Sequence record: PP579741.1
Source: Enterobacter phage KKP_3711
Direction: 5' to 3' (one strand)
Length of the DNA stretch: 64,000 nucleotides
Shown here one piece after another: positions 16,970 through 27,417 of this stretch. The position numbers were made by a program, and so were the translations under genes. How positions within the stretch are numbered: the stretch's first letter is position 1; each line of letters starts with the position of its first letter. The notes under the pieces are model-generated. The model was not told the origin of the DNA and did not search any database. It worked only from the letters and a program-made list of their open reading frames with translations.

Positions 16970-18364
16970 ATGTCTGTACAACTACTTAGAGGTACACGAG
17001 TATGGGCTTCTACCGTAACTAGCGGATTCACAACTGCTAATACTCAGGAGATTCTGGTTCAGGATGATATCTCATTCAGCCAGGATGCTAACGTAACTGA
17101 TATTACGGTAAACGAAGCAGGTCCTCGTCCAACTCGTGGCTCAAAACGCTTTAACGATTCTCTAAACCCAGCAGATTGGAGCTTCTCCACCTATATTCTG
17201 CCATATGTCGATCCTGACGATAATCTCGTTAAGCTTCCAGACGTATTCCTGTGGCAGGGTCTCTGCTCTGGTTCTCCATTAGATTTAGATGGTGATCATG
17301 CAGTTCATACTAATGAAACTAACCTTATGGTTGATTTCAAGGATAATGCTTACCACGAACTTCTAATGATTCAGTTCTATATTCTTCTTGATAATATTTG
17401 GTATCGTATTAAAGATTGTCAGATCAACCAAGCAGAAATTAACGTTGACATCGAAGATATTGGTCTAGTAACCTGGTCTGGTAATGGTACTCAGATTGAA
17501 CAGCTTGAGGCTGCTCCCTTTGATGTTAATACTTTAGGTATGACTGATGAGTTTTATGCTAGACTTCAGGGTTCTTATCTGAAGAACAAACTTACAATCC
17601 TTAAACTTAAGGATATGGAAACTAGTAAAGCATACGATGTCCCAATCACTGGTGGTACGTTGACCATTAATAACAACGTAACTTATCTGACTCCAAACAC
17701 TCTGTCCCGTGTAGATATTCCAATTGGTTCCTTCACTGGTTCCTTCGAAGTTACCGGTTCTCTGAGTGCATATATGAATGACAAATCTATGGGTTCTGCG
17801 GAACTTTATCAGGATCTGTTAACTACTTTGAAATCTGTTAACAAATTCGAACTGTCAATCGTATTAGGTGGTGAATATGATGTTGAGCGTCCAGCAGCTA
17901 TCCTTACTGCTAAACAAGCTCACATGAATATTCCTTCTATCGAAACTGATGATGTACTTGGCACTACAGTTGAGTTTAAGGCTATTCCTACCGAACTGGA
18001 TGCAGGTGATGAAGCATTCTTGGGCTTCAGTCCTAAATATACTAAAACCACTATCAACAACTTCATCGTTAATGGTGATGGTGCAGAAGCAGTTAATGTT
18101 CCAGTAACTGGTGTAACAGTTGCTCCTAAAACTGCAACTTTAGCTCCAGGTGCTACTCAACAGTTAACTCCAACTATTGCCCCAACTAATGCAACTAATA
18201 AGTCTGTAACTTACTCTTCCTCTGCTAATGCAGTGGCAACTGTAAACTCTAGCGGTCTTGTTACTGTAGCACCTGCGGCAACAGATGGTCAAACAGCAAC
18301 TATCACAGTAACTACTGCTGACGGTTCTAAGACCGATACTTTTGTAGTGACTGTACGAGTATAA
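16970..18364 (+). CDS. tail tube protein with C-terminal Ig-like domain (pb6-like)
   Basis: 464 aa, same size as T5 pb6. C-terminal Ig-like domain nearly identical to that of the decoration protein. Confidence 0.8.
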   Translation: MSVQLLRGTRVWASTVTSGFTTANTQEILVQDDISFSQDANVTDITVNEAGPRPTRGSKRFNDSLNPADWSFSTYILPYVDPDDNLVKLPDVFLWQGLCSGSPLDLDGDHAVHTNETNLMVDFKDNAYHELLMIQFYILLDNIWYRIKDCQINQAEINVDIEDIGLVTWSGNGTQIEQLEAAPFDVNTLGMTDEFYARLQGSYLKNKLTILKLKDMETSKAYDVPITGGTLTINNNVTYLTPNTLSRVDIPIGSFTGSFEVTGSLSAYMNDKSMGSAELYQDLLTTLKSVNKFELSIVLGGEYDVERPAAILTAKQAHMNIPSIETDDVLGTTVEFKAIPTELDAGDEAFLGFSPKYTKTTINNFIVNGDGAEAVNVPVTGVTVAPKTATLAPGATQQLTPTIAPTNATNKSVTYSSSANAVATVNSSGLVTVAPAATDGQTATITVTTADGSKTDTFVVTVRV

Positions 18365-18373
18365 GGGACTTAA

Positions 18374-19267
18374 ATGCGTTACTCTTTACTGCGAGAGTCT
18401 AGAGTAGTGATTCATTATGACGGCAGGGCGTACGAATTTGACGCCCTGTCAAATGTGAGCGCCGGAATAGACTATCAAGAATACAAAACAACACGTAAAA
18501 CATTACATAAGCGTAGAAACTACCCTTTATCTAAAGTGGTATCTAAAAATCCTTCCGATATTTCTTTAGCTGTTAACTTAACAGATAATCAACTGGAAAT
18601 CAATTTTTTCCGTTGGTTAGGTCTACAGGAATACGGAGCACATATAATGTATCTTCCAGATGTATCGGAATTAACTCCGGTAGTATTTGATATGTACATT
18701 ATTACTAAAGGATCTATTCTTCGTTGTAAACACTGTTTTGTATCTGCTGTGGATTTTACACTAGAGAAAGCTGTACCTTTGTTAAATATTGCAATTGAAG
18801 GTGCAGATGTTGTCGAAGTGTATGATTACCCTGATACTGGTTCTCTAATGCAAGGTAATATCCTTACATACAGCCCGTTAAGAGTGAACATTAATAATAA
18901 TGAGATGCCTGCACTAATTGGTGCTGGTATTTCTTTCCAACAGCAGTGCAATTGGAGAGAACAACGAACTATTCATGACATAGGTAGAATATACACACAT
19001 AAAACAGCCATTGTCAGCGAAATGAATGCTTCAGCTACTATTAACTTCAACTTTGCCAATAGGTTTAGTAGAAGTACAATGATAGAAGATGTTCCTCTAT
19101 ATAGTGTGCCAGTGGCACTTTTTAATAGACATATATCTATTAATTTTCCTAATTCCAAAATAACTAAACGCCTAAGTGTTGCTGATGTTTATTCCATCTC
19201 TTTTGATGTTACTCCTATAGAAGAGAGTGAAGAACCAGTAACAATTCAATTCTTCGGAGAGAATTAA
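18374..19267 (+). CDS. minor tail protein (p140-like)
   Basis: 297 aa; T5 p140 is about 298 aa. Confidence 0.45.
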   Translation: MRYSLLRESRVVIHYDGRAYEFDALSNVSAGIDYQEYKTTRKTLHKRRNYPLSKVVSKNPSDISLAVNLTDNQLEINFFRWLGLQEYGAHIMYLPDVSELTPVVFDMYIITKGSILRCKHCFVSAVDFTLEKAVPLLNIAIEGADVVEVYDYPDTGSLMQGNILTYSPLRVNINNNEMPALIGAGISFQQQCNWREQRTIHDIGRIYTHKTAIVSEMNASATINFNFANRFSRSTMIEDVPLYSVPVALFNRHISINFPNSKITKRLSVADVYSISFDVTPIEESEEPVTIQFFGEN

Positions 19268-19269
19268 TA

Positions 19270-19674
19270 ATGTTAAATTTAAAAGATATTGCAATTGATA
19301 CCAAAGAAGTAGAAGTTTCCTTCCCTGGTTTTGATACCTTCAAAGTTCGTATTAAGTATGTAAGTCGTGCAGCTTCTAAGAAATTGCTTGAAGATTCAGA
19401 AGTTAAAGAATTTAAAAACGGTACTCTGATTAATATCCGCCGTGACGAGGATAAATTCTCTAACCTGTTCTCACAGCACTGTATTACTGGTTGGTCTGGT
19501 CTAACTCTAGATATCGTTAGCCATCTTATTCTGGTTGATATTGGTGATCGAGATCCTTCTGCTGAAGTTCCTTACTCTTCTGATAACGCAGCTATGCTGT
19601 TGAAGAATAGTGTAGCATTTAACCGCTTCATTGATGAAACTGTGTTCGACTTAGAAACGTTTCGTACAAAATAA
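19270..19674 (+). CDS. tail assembly chaperone (G-like)
   Basis: 134-aa ORF directly upstream of the tape measure region. The downstream ORF overlaps it in the +1 frame. Confidence 0.5.
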   Translation: MLNLKDIAIDTKEVEVSFPGFDTFKVRIKYVSRAASKKLLEDSEVKEFKNGTLINIRRDEDKFSNLFSQHCITGWSGLTLDIVSHLILVDIGDRDPSAEVPYSSDNAAMLLKNSVAFNRFIDETVFDLETFRTK

Positions 19675-20098
19675 TCGGTTAGCTTTAGAAAAGGCTATTA
19701 TACGATTTGCAAAACAAGTTAATAGTCCTGCTGCCTCTAAAATAAATAAGGAGAAATACCTCCTTATTTGTGAGCAGATGGGGCATGAACCTGATCCAGA
19801 AGCTATGCCCTTAGAAATGTCGGATTTTCCTCCTATTGTTTCTTTAGGTATACATTTATTTAACCAATTACGAGATCATTATATTCCTGGGGAAATGCCC
19901 ATATATTCAGGTAAAGACCTAACCGCCCTACCGGTTTTATTTGACATATATGAAATAACTTCTCCGATAGAAAAGGAATTTTTGCTTCGAGTAATTAATA
20001 TCCTAGATACTGAAGCTGTTACGGCAGCAAGAAATAAGGCTAAAAAAGCTATAAAGCCTAAAGTCTCGGATGTAAAGGGTGGTTCCAGAATTAAGTAA
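19655..20098 (+). CDS. tail assembly chaperone extension (T-like) ORF, possibly expressed by frameshift
   Basis: The frame stays open from 19655, 41 codons upstream of the first ATG at 19778, and overlaps the end of the upstream ORF. The nearest SD-like AAGGAG is 25 nt from that ATG. Confidence 0.35.
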   Translation, partial: KRFVQNNRLALEKAIIRFAKQVNSPAASKINKEKYLLICEQMGHEPDPEAMPLEMSDFPPIVSLGIHLFNQLRDHYIPGEMPIYSGKDLTALPVLFDIYEITSPIEKEFLLRVINILDTEAVTAARNKAKKAIKPKVSDVKGGSRIK

Positions 20099-20133
20099 TT
20101 TCCTCCAAGATGGGCGTTCCACGATGAGGGTTT

Positions 20134-20168
20134 GGCTCTGAGTGTAATTGCTCAGAGCCTTTTTTATT
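20134..20168 (+). terminator. rho-independent terminator
   Basis: GGCTCTGAG-tgtaattg-CTCAGAGCC followed by TTTTTTATT. Confidence 0.75.
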
Positions 20169-20188
20169 GTCTAAAATACAGGTGAATA

Positions 20189-23100
20189 ATGGATAAGCTA
20201 ATACGTGAATTGCTAATTAACGTTAAACAGCAAGGTGCTACTAAAACAACTAAAGCTATTCAAGGTATCGTTGATGCTCTGGAAGATGCAGCTGTTGGCG
20301 CTGAACTGGCTAATGAACAATTAGCTAAAATATCTCCTACGTTAGCCGGAATTGAAAAGAATGCTCGTAAAACAGCAGCTTCAATGGCTGACCTAGGTGC
20401 AACAAAAAACCTGGATAGAATTTCCAAGAGTCTTTCTACAATTGAAGATTACCTTGATGAATTACTTACTACATCTACTGTGGCTTCTGAAAAGATGGCA
20501 GCAGGATTTGGTACTGTAGCAAATGCAGTAAATAAGATGGGTAATAATATTGCAGGTACTGTAGAAAGAACAGAAGATCAATTAATTGGTCTTAATACAA
20601 CTGTAGGTAGAACAGGTAAATCTTTTACTGATACTGCTACTTCTGCAACAAAAGTAACACGTGCGGTAGGTGATACATCAGGTGCTGCTCGTGGTGCAAC
20701 TAGAGACTTCGCTTCTTTAGCAAAAATTGGTGGGGGGCTACCAATAATGTATGCTGCTATTGCATCTAACGTGTTCGTTTTGCAATCAGCATTTGAACAG
20801 TTCAAGATTGGTGATCAGCTGAATCGTCTGGAAAGATTCGGTAGCCTAGTTGGTAGTATGACTGGTACTCCAGTTCAATCTCTAGCAGTAGCGTTACAAG
20901 GTGCGGTAAATGGTGCGATCAGTTTCCAGGAAGCTATGCAACAAGCATCTGTAGCTTCTACTTATGGATTTAACACAAAACAAATTGAACAATTTGGTTT
21001 AGTAGCTCGCCGTGCATCCGCAGTATTGGGTGTTGATATGGTTGACGCTCTTAACCGTGTTATTAAAGGTGTTTCTAAGCAGGAAATTGAACTTCTGGAC
21101 GAATTAGGTGTAACTATTCGTTTAAACGATGCTTATGCTAAATACGTACAAGTTCTTAATTCTGCTAATACTGGTATTACCTATAATATTAATACACTGA
21201 ACACGTATCAGAAACAGCAAGCTTACGCTAACGCTGTTATTGATGATTCTACTAAAAAGCTAGGTCAATTAGATAGTGCTCTTCGTGCAACAGCATGGGA
21301 ACAGTTTGCAGCTAATGCTAACGCAGCATTACGTTCTGTGCAACAAGCAGCGGCTTCTTTCTTAGACCCGGTTATTGAACGCATTAATATCATCATGAAC
21401 CGTGCTCCTGTATTAAACAGAATAGCAGAATCTCAGGCAGCAATTCAGTCTATTCAAACTATGGATTCAAAAAACGTAGGTGCTGTCCTAAACGCTTATA
21501 ATAATGCCTTTCAACGTAGTGCTGAGTCAGCCAAGGAAACTATGGCTACTATGCAGCAAGTTCGTGATAATGAAAAGCAAATAGATGAAATCTACAGTAA
21601 GCGTCGTAAGATGGAAGGTCAAACCGCTAAAGAGTTAGGCTTATCTTGGAGTGCTTACAAAGAGCAGATTACTTCTCTAGTTAGACAGGAAGATCAGTTA
21701 AGTGCTGAAAACGAGAGATTAAATAAGAACTTAGAAGAATCTTCTAAAAATGCTTTAGCATTTACTAGAGAACAGGATGTTGCTACTAAAAAATTACAGC
21801 AGAATAAGACTTTATGGGATAGTATTACAGATGCCTCAGGTAATGTAAACCCAGATAAATTGACTGCGGCTTTAGATGCAGCAAATGCTACTACAACTTC
21901 TATTAAGAATGATATACCTGCTATAAATGGTATGTTAGGAGATCAATCTTCTACTCTTAAGAACTCTCAGAAAATTGCAGCTGACCTAGCAGGTGTTATG
22001 AACACCGTTAAGAATAACGCAGCAGCAACTGGTAGATCAGAAGATGAGGTTTTAGCTACTTATGGTCTGCAATACAAGACTATGAAAGAGCTAGAAGCAG
22101 CTCAGAAAGGATTTAATCAAGTATTTGAAGCTACCAAATCTAACTCTAAGGATGCTCTGGAAGTGCAGCAGAAAATCGCTGATGTTTATGCTCAAACTAG
22201 AGATAAGGAGAAAGCACAAGCTGCTGGTAGAGAATTGGAAGTTCAACAGCTTGATAAGCAACTGAGTAAGTTAAAGCAAGCGCAAGCTGCTGGTGTAGCT
22301 TCAAAAGAGATTCAGGATGAAATTAATAAACTGGAAACTCAGAAATTAAACATCCAGAACCAGAGTATGGAAGCAGCTAAGAAAACCAAAGATATATCTG
22401 ACAAAATTGTTGGTATTGAAGAGCAGATAAAACTGTTAAAAGATACTACCTTAAACTCTGATCAGTATGCTATGGCTAACTTACAGCTTCAACTGCAAAT
22501 AGAGAAACAGCGTCAAGCAATTTTAGCAGGTAACGCACAGAAACAACGAGATTATATGCAGTCTAAGTTAAACGAAGCTCAGATCGAACGTCAGATCAAT
22601 GAGTTAACTTTCTCTCAGGCTGAGGCTGCTAGTAAGAGACAGCGTGAGCAAGAAATTGCTATGCGTAATGCTACTGGTGAGTATACTTCTCAGGAAAACT
22701 TACTAAACCAGATTAATAATCTCGAACGTGAACGTGTAGAGCTTATTAAAAACGCTAAAGATGCAAATGTTGCGCTAGATACTAATAGAATCACAGATTT
22801 GCAAAATCAAGTGTTGGTATTAAAGCAGCAATTAAAAACTGAACAAGCAGATAAGAATCGTAACTTCCAAAACCAAACCACTGGTTTATTAGGTGGCACT
22901 TATAGCTCTAGTATGGGTCAATCAGCCGGTATGAAGGAAATGACTGAGTTCATGAATAACCAGCAGGGATATGCACAAGCTATATCTAACCTACAGGCGA
23001 TTAACTCTGAAGCTACAGCGGCAGGTCAAAGTCTTGGTAATATGGTTAATGCGATGATGCAGTTTTCCAATGGTTCTCTGGATGCTACCTCTATGGTTGC

Positions 23101-23845
23101 TGCCGGTATGCAAACTATATCTTCTGCTATTCAGTATTCTACCAGCCAACAGATTAGCTCTATTGATGCGGCTATTGCAGCTGAGCAAGCTCGTGATGGT
23201 CAATCTGAGGAATCTAAAGCTAAGATCAAGAAGTTAGAAGCTGAGAAGATTAAAGTACAGCAAGAATCTGCTAAGAAACAAATTCTTATCCAGACAGCAG
23301 TTGCAGTAATGCAGGCAGCTACCTCTGTACCTTATCCTTGGTCTATTCCTCTGATGATTGCAGCTGCGGCAGCAGGTGCTTTATCTTATGCTCAGGCATC
23401 TAGTGCTACTCCTCAGTTGGATGGTATGTCTGGTGGTTCTGGTACTACTGCTTCTCTAACTCTAGGTAAGCGTGATAATTCTGTAGACGTATCTAGAAAT
23501 TCTAGTGGCGGAGAATTATCCTATATTCGTGGTGAATCAGGTGTAGGTAACGCAAATAACTTTGTACCACGTGCAGAAGGTGGTAACATGATCCCAGGAG
23601 TTGGTTATATAACTGGTGAGAACGGAATAGAAGTTATTACTCCTAGTGTACCATCTAAGGCAGTTCCTGCTGATCAGGTAGGTTCCGCTGGTAAAGGCGG
23701 TAGTGCAGTGATTCTACAGGTTCAAGCTATGGACGCTAGAAGTTTTGTTGACTTTGCTAATGAAAACAGTGCAGCTCTGCGTGGTGCTGTAGAAATAGCA
23801 TTAAATGAAAATGGAATGTCCTTGGACAACCTAAGTAGACGTTAA
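20189..23845 (+). CDS. tape measure protein (pb2-like)
   Basis: 1218 aa with long coiled-coil stretches and a C-terminal Gly-rich region. T5 pb2 is about 1219 aa. Confidence 0.85.
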   Translation: MDKLIRELLINVKQQGATKTTKAIQGIVDALEDAAVGAELANEQLAKISPTLAGIEKNARKTAASMADLGATKNLDRISKSLSTIEDYLDELLTTSTVASEKMAAGFGTVANAVNKMGNNIAGTVERTEDQLIGLNTTVGRTGKSFTDTATSATKVTRAVGDTSGAARGATRDFASLAKIGGGLPIMYAAIASNVFVLQSAFEQFKIGDQLNRLERFGSLVGSMTGTPVQSLAVALQGAVNGAISFQEAMQQASVASTYGFNTKQIEQFGLVARRASAVLGVDMVDALNRVIKGVSKQEIELLDELGVTIRLNDAYAKYVQVLNSANTGITYNINTLNTYQKQQAYANAVIDDSTKKLGQLDSALRATAWEQFAANANAALRSVQQAAASFLDPVIERINIIMNRAPVLNRIAESQAAIQSIQTMDSKNVGAVLNAYNNAFQRSAESAKETMATMQQVRDNEKQIDEIYSKRRKMEGQTAKELGLSWSAYKEQITSLVRQEDQLSAENERLNKNLEESSKNALAFTREQDVATKKLQQNKTLWDSITDASGNVNPDKLTAALDAANATTTSIKNDIPAINGMLGDQSSTLKNSQKIAADLAGVMNTVKNNAAATGRSEDEVLATYGLQYKTMKELEAAQKGFNQVFEATKSNSKDALEVQQKIADVYAQTRDKEKAQAAGRELEVQQLDKQLSKLKQAQAAGVASKEIQDEINKLETQKLNIQNQSMEAAKKTKDISDKIVGIEEQIKLLKDTTLNSDQYAMANLQLQLQIEKQRQAILAGNAQKQRDYMQSKLNEAQIERQINELTFSQAEAASKRQREQEIAMRNATGEYTSQENLLNQINNLERERVELIKNAKDANVALDTNRITDLQNQVLVLKQQLKTEQADKNRNFQNQTTGLLGGTYSSSMGQSAGMKEMTEFMNNQQGYAQAISNLQAINSEATAAGQSLGNMVNAMMQFSNGSLDATSMVAAGMQTISSAIQYSTSQQISSIDAAIAAEQARDGQSEESKAKIKKLEAEKIKVQQESAKKQILIQTAVAVMQAATSVPYPWSIPLMIAAAAAGALSYAQASSATPQLDGMSGGSGTTASLTLGKRDNSVDVSRNSSGGELSYIRGESGVGNANNFVPRAEGGNMIPGVGYITGENGIEVITPSVPSKAVPADQVGSAGKGGSAVILQVQAMDARSFVDFANENSAALRGAVEIALNENGMSLDNLSRR

Positions 23846-23850
23846 CAGAA

Positions 23851-23877
23851 GGAGGGCGAAAGCTCTCCTTTTTCTTT
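23851..23877 (+). terminator. rho-independent terminator after the tape measure gene
   Basis: GGAGGGC-GAAA-GCTCTCC stem with GAAA tetraloop, followed by TTTTTCTTT. Confidence 0.7.
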
Positions 23878-23947
23878 ATGTGAGATTAAAAAAGTTTGTT
23901 GATATATCTTTTCAATAGTGTATAATAATTATATTAACGGAGGTGAC

Positions 23948-24559
23948 ATGAGACTACCTGATCCTTTTACTAACCCGTCTCTTTGCCCTGGTTTCGAAAC
24001 AGCGGATCTTGTGGATAATGACCCAATGATACGTGATGAGATGCCAAACGGCAAAGTTCTCGAGGTTAAAAGCTCAGCCCAATATTGGGGCATTAACATA
24101 ACAATGCCAGATTTACTGCCAAAAGAATTCTTCTTTTTGGACGCATTTATTGGCGAATATAAACGTACTGGTGGATACATTGATGTTCTATTGCCTCAAT
24201 ATGAAAATGTTCATGTTAGAGGTGGGGCAGAGTTACTTACTATTGCTTCAGGACAAAAAGGGTCTACTGTTGTATTAGGTAACTTATCAGCTTTAACAGG
24301 TTTACCTGTTGCTGGTGATATATTCCAGTTATCTACCCATCCTAAAGTTTACAAAATAACAAAAGTTGCCACAACAGCAACAACTATGACGTTATCTTTA
24401 TACCCTGATTTATTTATAACTACTACAGGTGCCGAGAAACCAGTCTTTAACGGGATTCTATTCCAGACTAAGTTAATGAATGGTGATGCTTGGTCTCAGA
24501 ATATAACTAATGATGGTGTGTATACTGGTGTAACGCTTAACCTGAGGGAAGCTCTATGA
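23948..24559 (+). CDS. distal tail protein Dit (pb9-like)
   Basis: ATG at 23948 with GGAGG SD gives 203 aa (T5 pb9 is about 204 aa). The track start at 23918 is GTG. Confidence 0.6.
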   Translation: MRLPDPFTNPSLCPGFETADLVDNDPMIRDEMPNGKVLEVKSSAQYWGINITMPDLLPKEFFFLDAFIGEYKRTGGYIDVLLPQYENVHVRGGAELLTIASGQKGSTVVLGNLSALTGLPVAGDIFQLSTHPKVYKITKVATTATTMTLSLYPDLFITTTGAEKPVFNGILFQTKLMNGDAWSQNITNDGVYTGVTLNLREAL

Positions 24560-27417
24560 AAACTATTTTGCCAGCAGCTCAAACGTATCTGAATACACAT
24601 ACGAAAATTAAGACTGCTATGCTTATCTCCATGGAATTGCCAGGCTCAGATCCTACAGCATCTACCTTTGCATACTATACTGATTATTTTAGAGATATTA
24701 CATATAGAGGCATTCCTTATCGTGCTGGCAAGATAAAAGTGGTAGGAGCACATAAACAAGATAGACAACTATCTATTGGTACTTTATCCTTTACTATCAC
24801 AGGTGCTGATGATGTAGAAGTTATTAAATTAGTACAACAGGGTGTTTCATTTATTGATAGAAATGTAACAATACTGCAAGCAATCATTGATGACAATGGT
24901 GAAATTATGGCAGTTGATCCTGATACTAATGGACCTATTCAGTTCTTCAGAGGTAAAATTACTTCTGGCGGTATTCGTGATGATGTTACTGCATCTGATG
25001 GTGGTAGTTCTACAATTACATGGACTTGCTCTAATGCATTTTACGATTTTGAACAAGTAAATGGTAGAGTTACAGATGATGCCTCACATAGAGGTCTAGA
25101 AGTTGTTAATGGAAAACTAGAACCTTCTAACGGGGCTAAAAGGGAAGAGTACAAAGAAGATTATGGATTCTATCACTCAAACCAGTCAGTAAATATTTTA
25201 GCTCAGTATCAAGTTAAAGAACTTAGATACAAAATGAAGTCTAAGAAAAAATTCTTTGGTTTATCAAAAAGTTATTCTCTAGTAGAATACTACGAAACAG
25301 TAACTAAAGAAGTAGATTTAGATTTGAACTTAGCTGCCAAGTATCTTCCAGTAGTTTATGGGGTTCAACAAATACCTGGTATCCCAGTGTTTGCAGACAC
25401 GGAGAAAGATAATCCAAATGTTGTCTACGTTGTATATGCTTTCTGTGAGGGAGAAATTGACGGTTTCTTAGATTTCTATTTTGGTGATAACCCAATGATT
25501 TGTGTTAACCAAGAGGATTCACAAGCAAGAACCTGTTTTGGTACTAAGAAAATAGCAGGTGATACGATGCAACGTATTGCATCTGGACAGCCTAGTACTG
25601 CAACTTCTGTTCACGGACAAGAATATGTATATAATGACGGTAATGGTGATATACGTATTTGGACATATCACGGGAAAAGAGATCAAACAGCAGCACAGGT
25701 ACTAGTAGATTTAGCAGCGAAGAAAGGTTTTTATTTACAAAACCAAAATGGTAATGGCCCAGAATACTGGGATTCTAGATATAAACTATTAGATACTGCA
25801 TATGCTGTTGTTCGTTTCACTATTACTGAGAACCGTACAGATATTCCTGATTTAGCTGCGGAAGTACAAGGTAAAAAGATCAGAGTTTATAAATCAGACG
25901 GTAGTTATGATGCAAGTAAAACTTCTCTTAACCCAATCTGGCAAACTCTTGATTACTTAACTTCAGACCTATATGGACCTGGTGTTACTCTTGATCAGTT
26001 TACTATGAGTCAATTGCTGCAAGAAGCAGCAGTACTCAATACTATAGATACTAGCTACCAGATGTCTTGGCAGCCATATTGGCGTTATGTAGGTTGGACT
26101 AGTAATGCTAATGTTGATTTCCGCCAAATGGTGCAATTAAACACCATAGTAGATACAGCAGATACCGTATTTAAAAACGTACAAGCACTATTAGATGCGT
26201 TCAAAGGAGCTTTAAATAACTTATCTGGAACTTACAGATTAACAGTTGAAAAATATAGTAAGACTCCTAGAAAAATACACTACCTAGATACTACCGGTTC
26301 TATTGATCTACAAGATACTACAGGCAGAAGTAAATATAACTCTGTCCAAGCATCCTTAATTGATCCTGCACTTATGTGGAAAACTAACAGTGTTACATTC
26401 TTTAACTCTGAATATAAGAATCAAGATAAAGGGGCGGACAAAAGATTACAATTATCTTTTGCTTATATTACTAACTACTATACTGCCAGAGCATTTGCTG
26501 AAAGAGAGTTAAAGAAATCTCGTTATTCCCGACAGTTAACAATAACTGTTCCTTACTCTTTTATAGGTATTGAGTGTAATGATCCTATTGCATTTACATA
26601 CCCTAGGTATGGTTGGGTTGACAAATTCTTTTTAGTAGATTCTGTTGAAAATACCAGAGATGGTAAAATCAATTTAGTTCTACAAGAGTACGCAGAAGAT
26701 GTGTTTATTAACTCTGATCAAGTAGATAACTCTGGTACAGATATACCAAACGTAACAAACTCTGTATTACCTCCTAGAGACTTCAAATATGTTCCTACGC
26801 CTGTATCTACAAGCCAGGATTTTACTACAATAGGTAAAAATGGTGAATTAACATGGTTGCCTTCATTTACGGGTAATGTAATTTACTACACTATTTTACA
26901 GTCTGGTAGACTAGACCCTTATGTAGTAGATCAACTTACTCAAGATCCTAATGTTCGATTAAAACAGGATATTATGGGTCAGCCAGCAGGACTTTATATA
27001 TTTGAAATTAGAGCTGTAGATGTTAACGGTAGACGATCTTCTCCTGTTACTCTTACCGTAGAATTAAATGCTGCTAGAAATTTAGCTCCTGTATCTAACT
27101 TTAGAGCATTAAATGCTTTACCTTCTGACGGCAGTGAGTTTACGGGGCCAGATCTTCTATTAGCATGGGATCCAAACCCCGAAGAAGATTTATTAGAAGG
27201 ACTTTACTACGAGCTGGAACTTTCAAACTCAGTAGGTACTATGTTAAGGAGTATAAGAATCGAGAATCAGTGGACATATGATTACTTACTCTTATACAAC
27301 AAGCAAGATTATGCTACTCAAAACAGTGGCAAAATAGGTATTAATAGACGGATAAATGCACGAATTAGGGCAAAAGGTCCTAATGGCGAACAATCCGTAA
27401 CATGGACAACACTTTAA
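24556..27417 (+). CDS. baseplate hub / tail tip protein (pb3-like)
   Basis: 953 aa (T5 pb3 about 949 aa). Positioned after Dit. Confidence 0.75.
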   Translation: MKTILPAAQTYLNTHTKIKTAMLISMELPGSDPTASTFAYYTDYFRDITYRGIPYRAGKIKVVGAHKQDRQLSIGTLSFTITGADDVEVIKLVQQGVSFIDRNVTILQAIIDDNGEIMAVDPDTNGPIQFFRGKITSGGIRDDVTASDGGSSTITWTCSNAFYDFEQVNGRVTDDASHRGLEVVNGKLEPSNGAKREEYKEDYGFYHSNQSVNILAQYQVKELRYKMKSKKKFFGLSKSYSLVEYYETVTKEVDLDLNLAAKYLPVVYGVQQIPGIPVFADTEKDNPNVVYVVYAFCEGEIDGFLDFYFGDNPMICVNQEDSQARTCFGTKKIAGDTMQRIASGQPSTATSVHGQEYVYNDGNGDIRIWTYHGKRDQTAAQVLVDLAAKKGFYLQNQNGNGPEYWDSRYKLLDTAYAVVRFTITENRTDIPDLAAEVQGKKIRVYKSDGSYDASKTSLNPIWQTLDYLTSDLYGPGVTLDQFTMSQLLQEAAVLNTIDTSYQMSWQPYWRYVGWTSNANVDFRQMVQLNTIVDTADTVFKNVQALLDAFKGALNNLSGTYRLTVEKYSKTPRKIHYLDTTGSIDLQDTTGRSKYNSVQASLIDPALMWKTNSVTFFNSEYKNQDKGADKRLQLSFAYITNYYTARAFAERELKKSRYSRQLTITVPYSFIGIECNDPIAFTYPRYGWVDKFFLVDSVENTRDGKINLVLQEYAEDVFINSDQVDNSGTDIPNVTNSVLPPRDFKYVPTPVSTSQDFTTIGKNGELTWLPSFTGNVIYYTILQSGRLDPYVVDQLTQDPNVRLKQDIMGQPAGLYIFEIRAVDVNGRRSSPVTLTVELNAARNLAPVSNFRALNALPSDGSEFTGPDLLLAWDPNPEEDLLEGLYYELELSNSVGTMLRSIRIENQWTYDYLLLYNKQDYATQNSGKIGINRRINARIRAKGPNGEQSVTWTTL

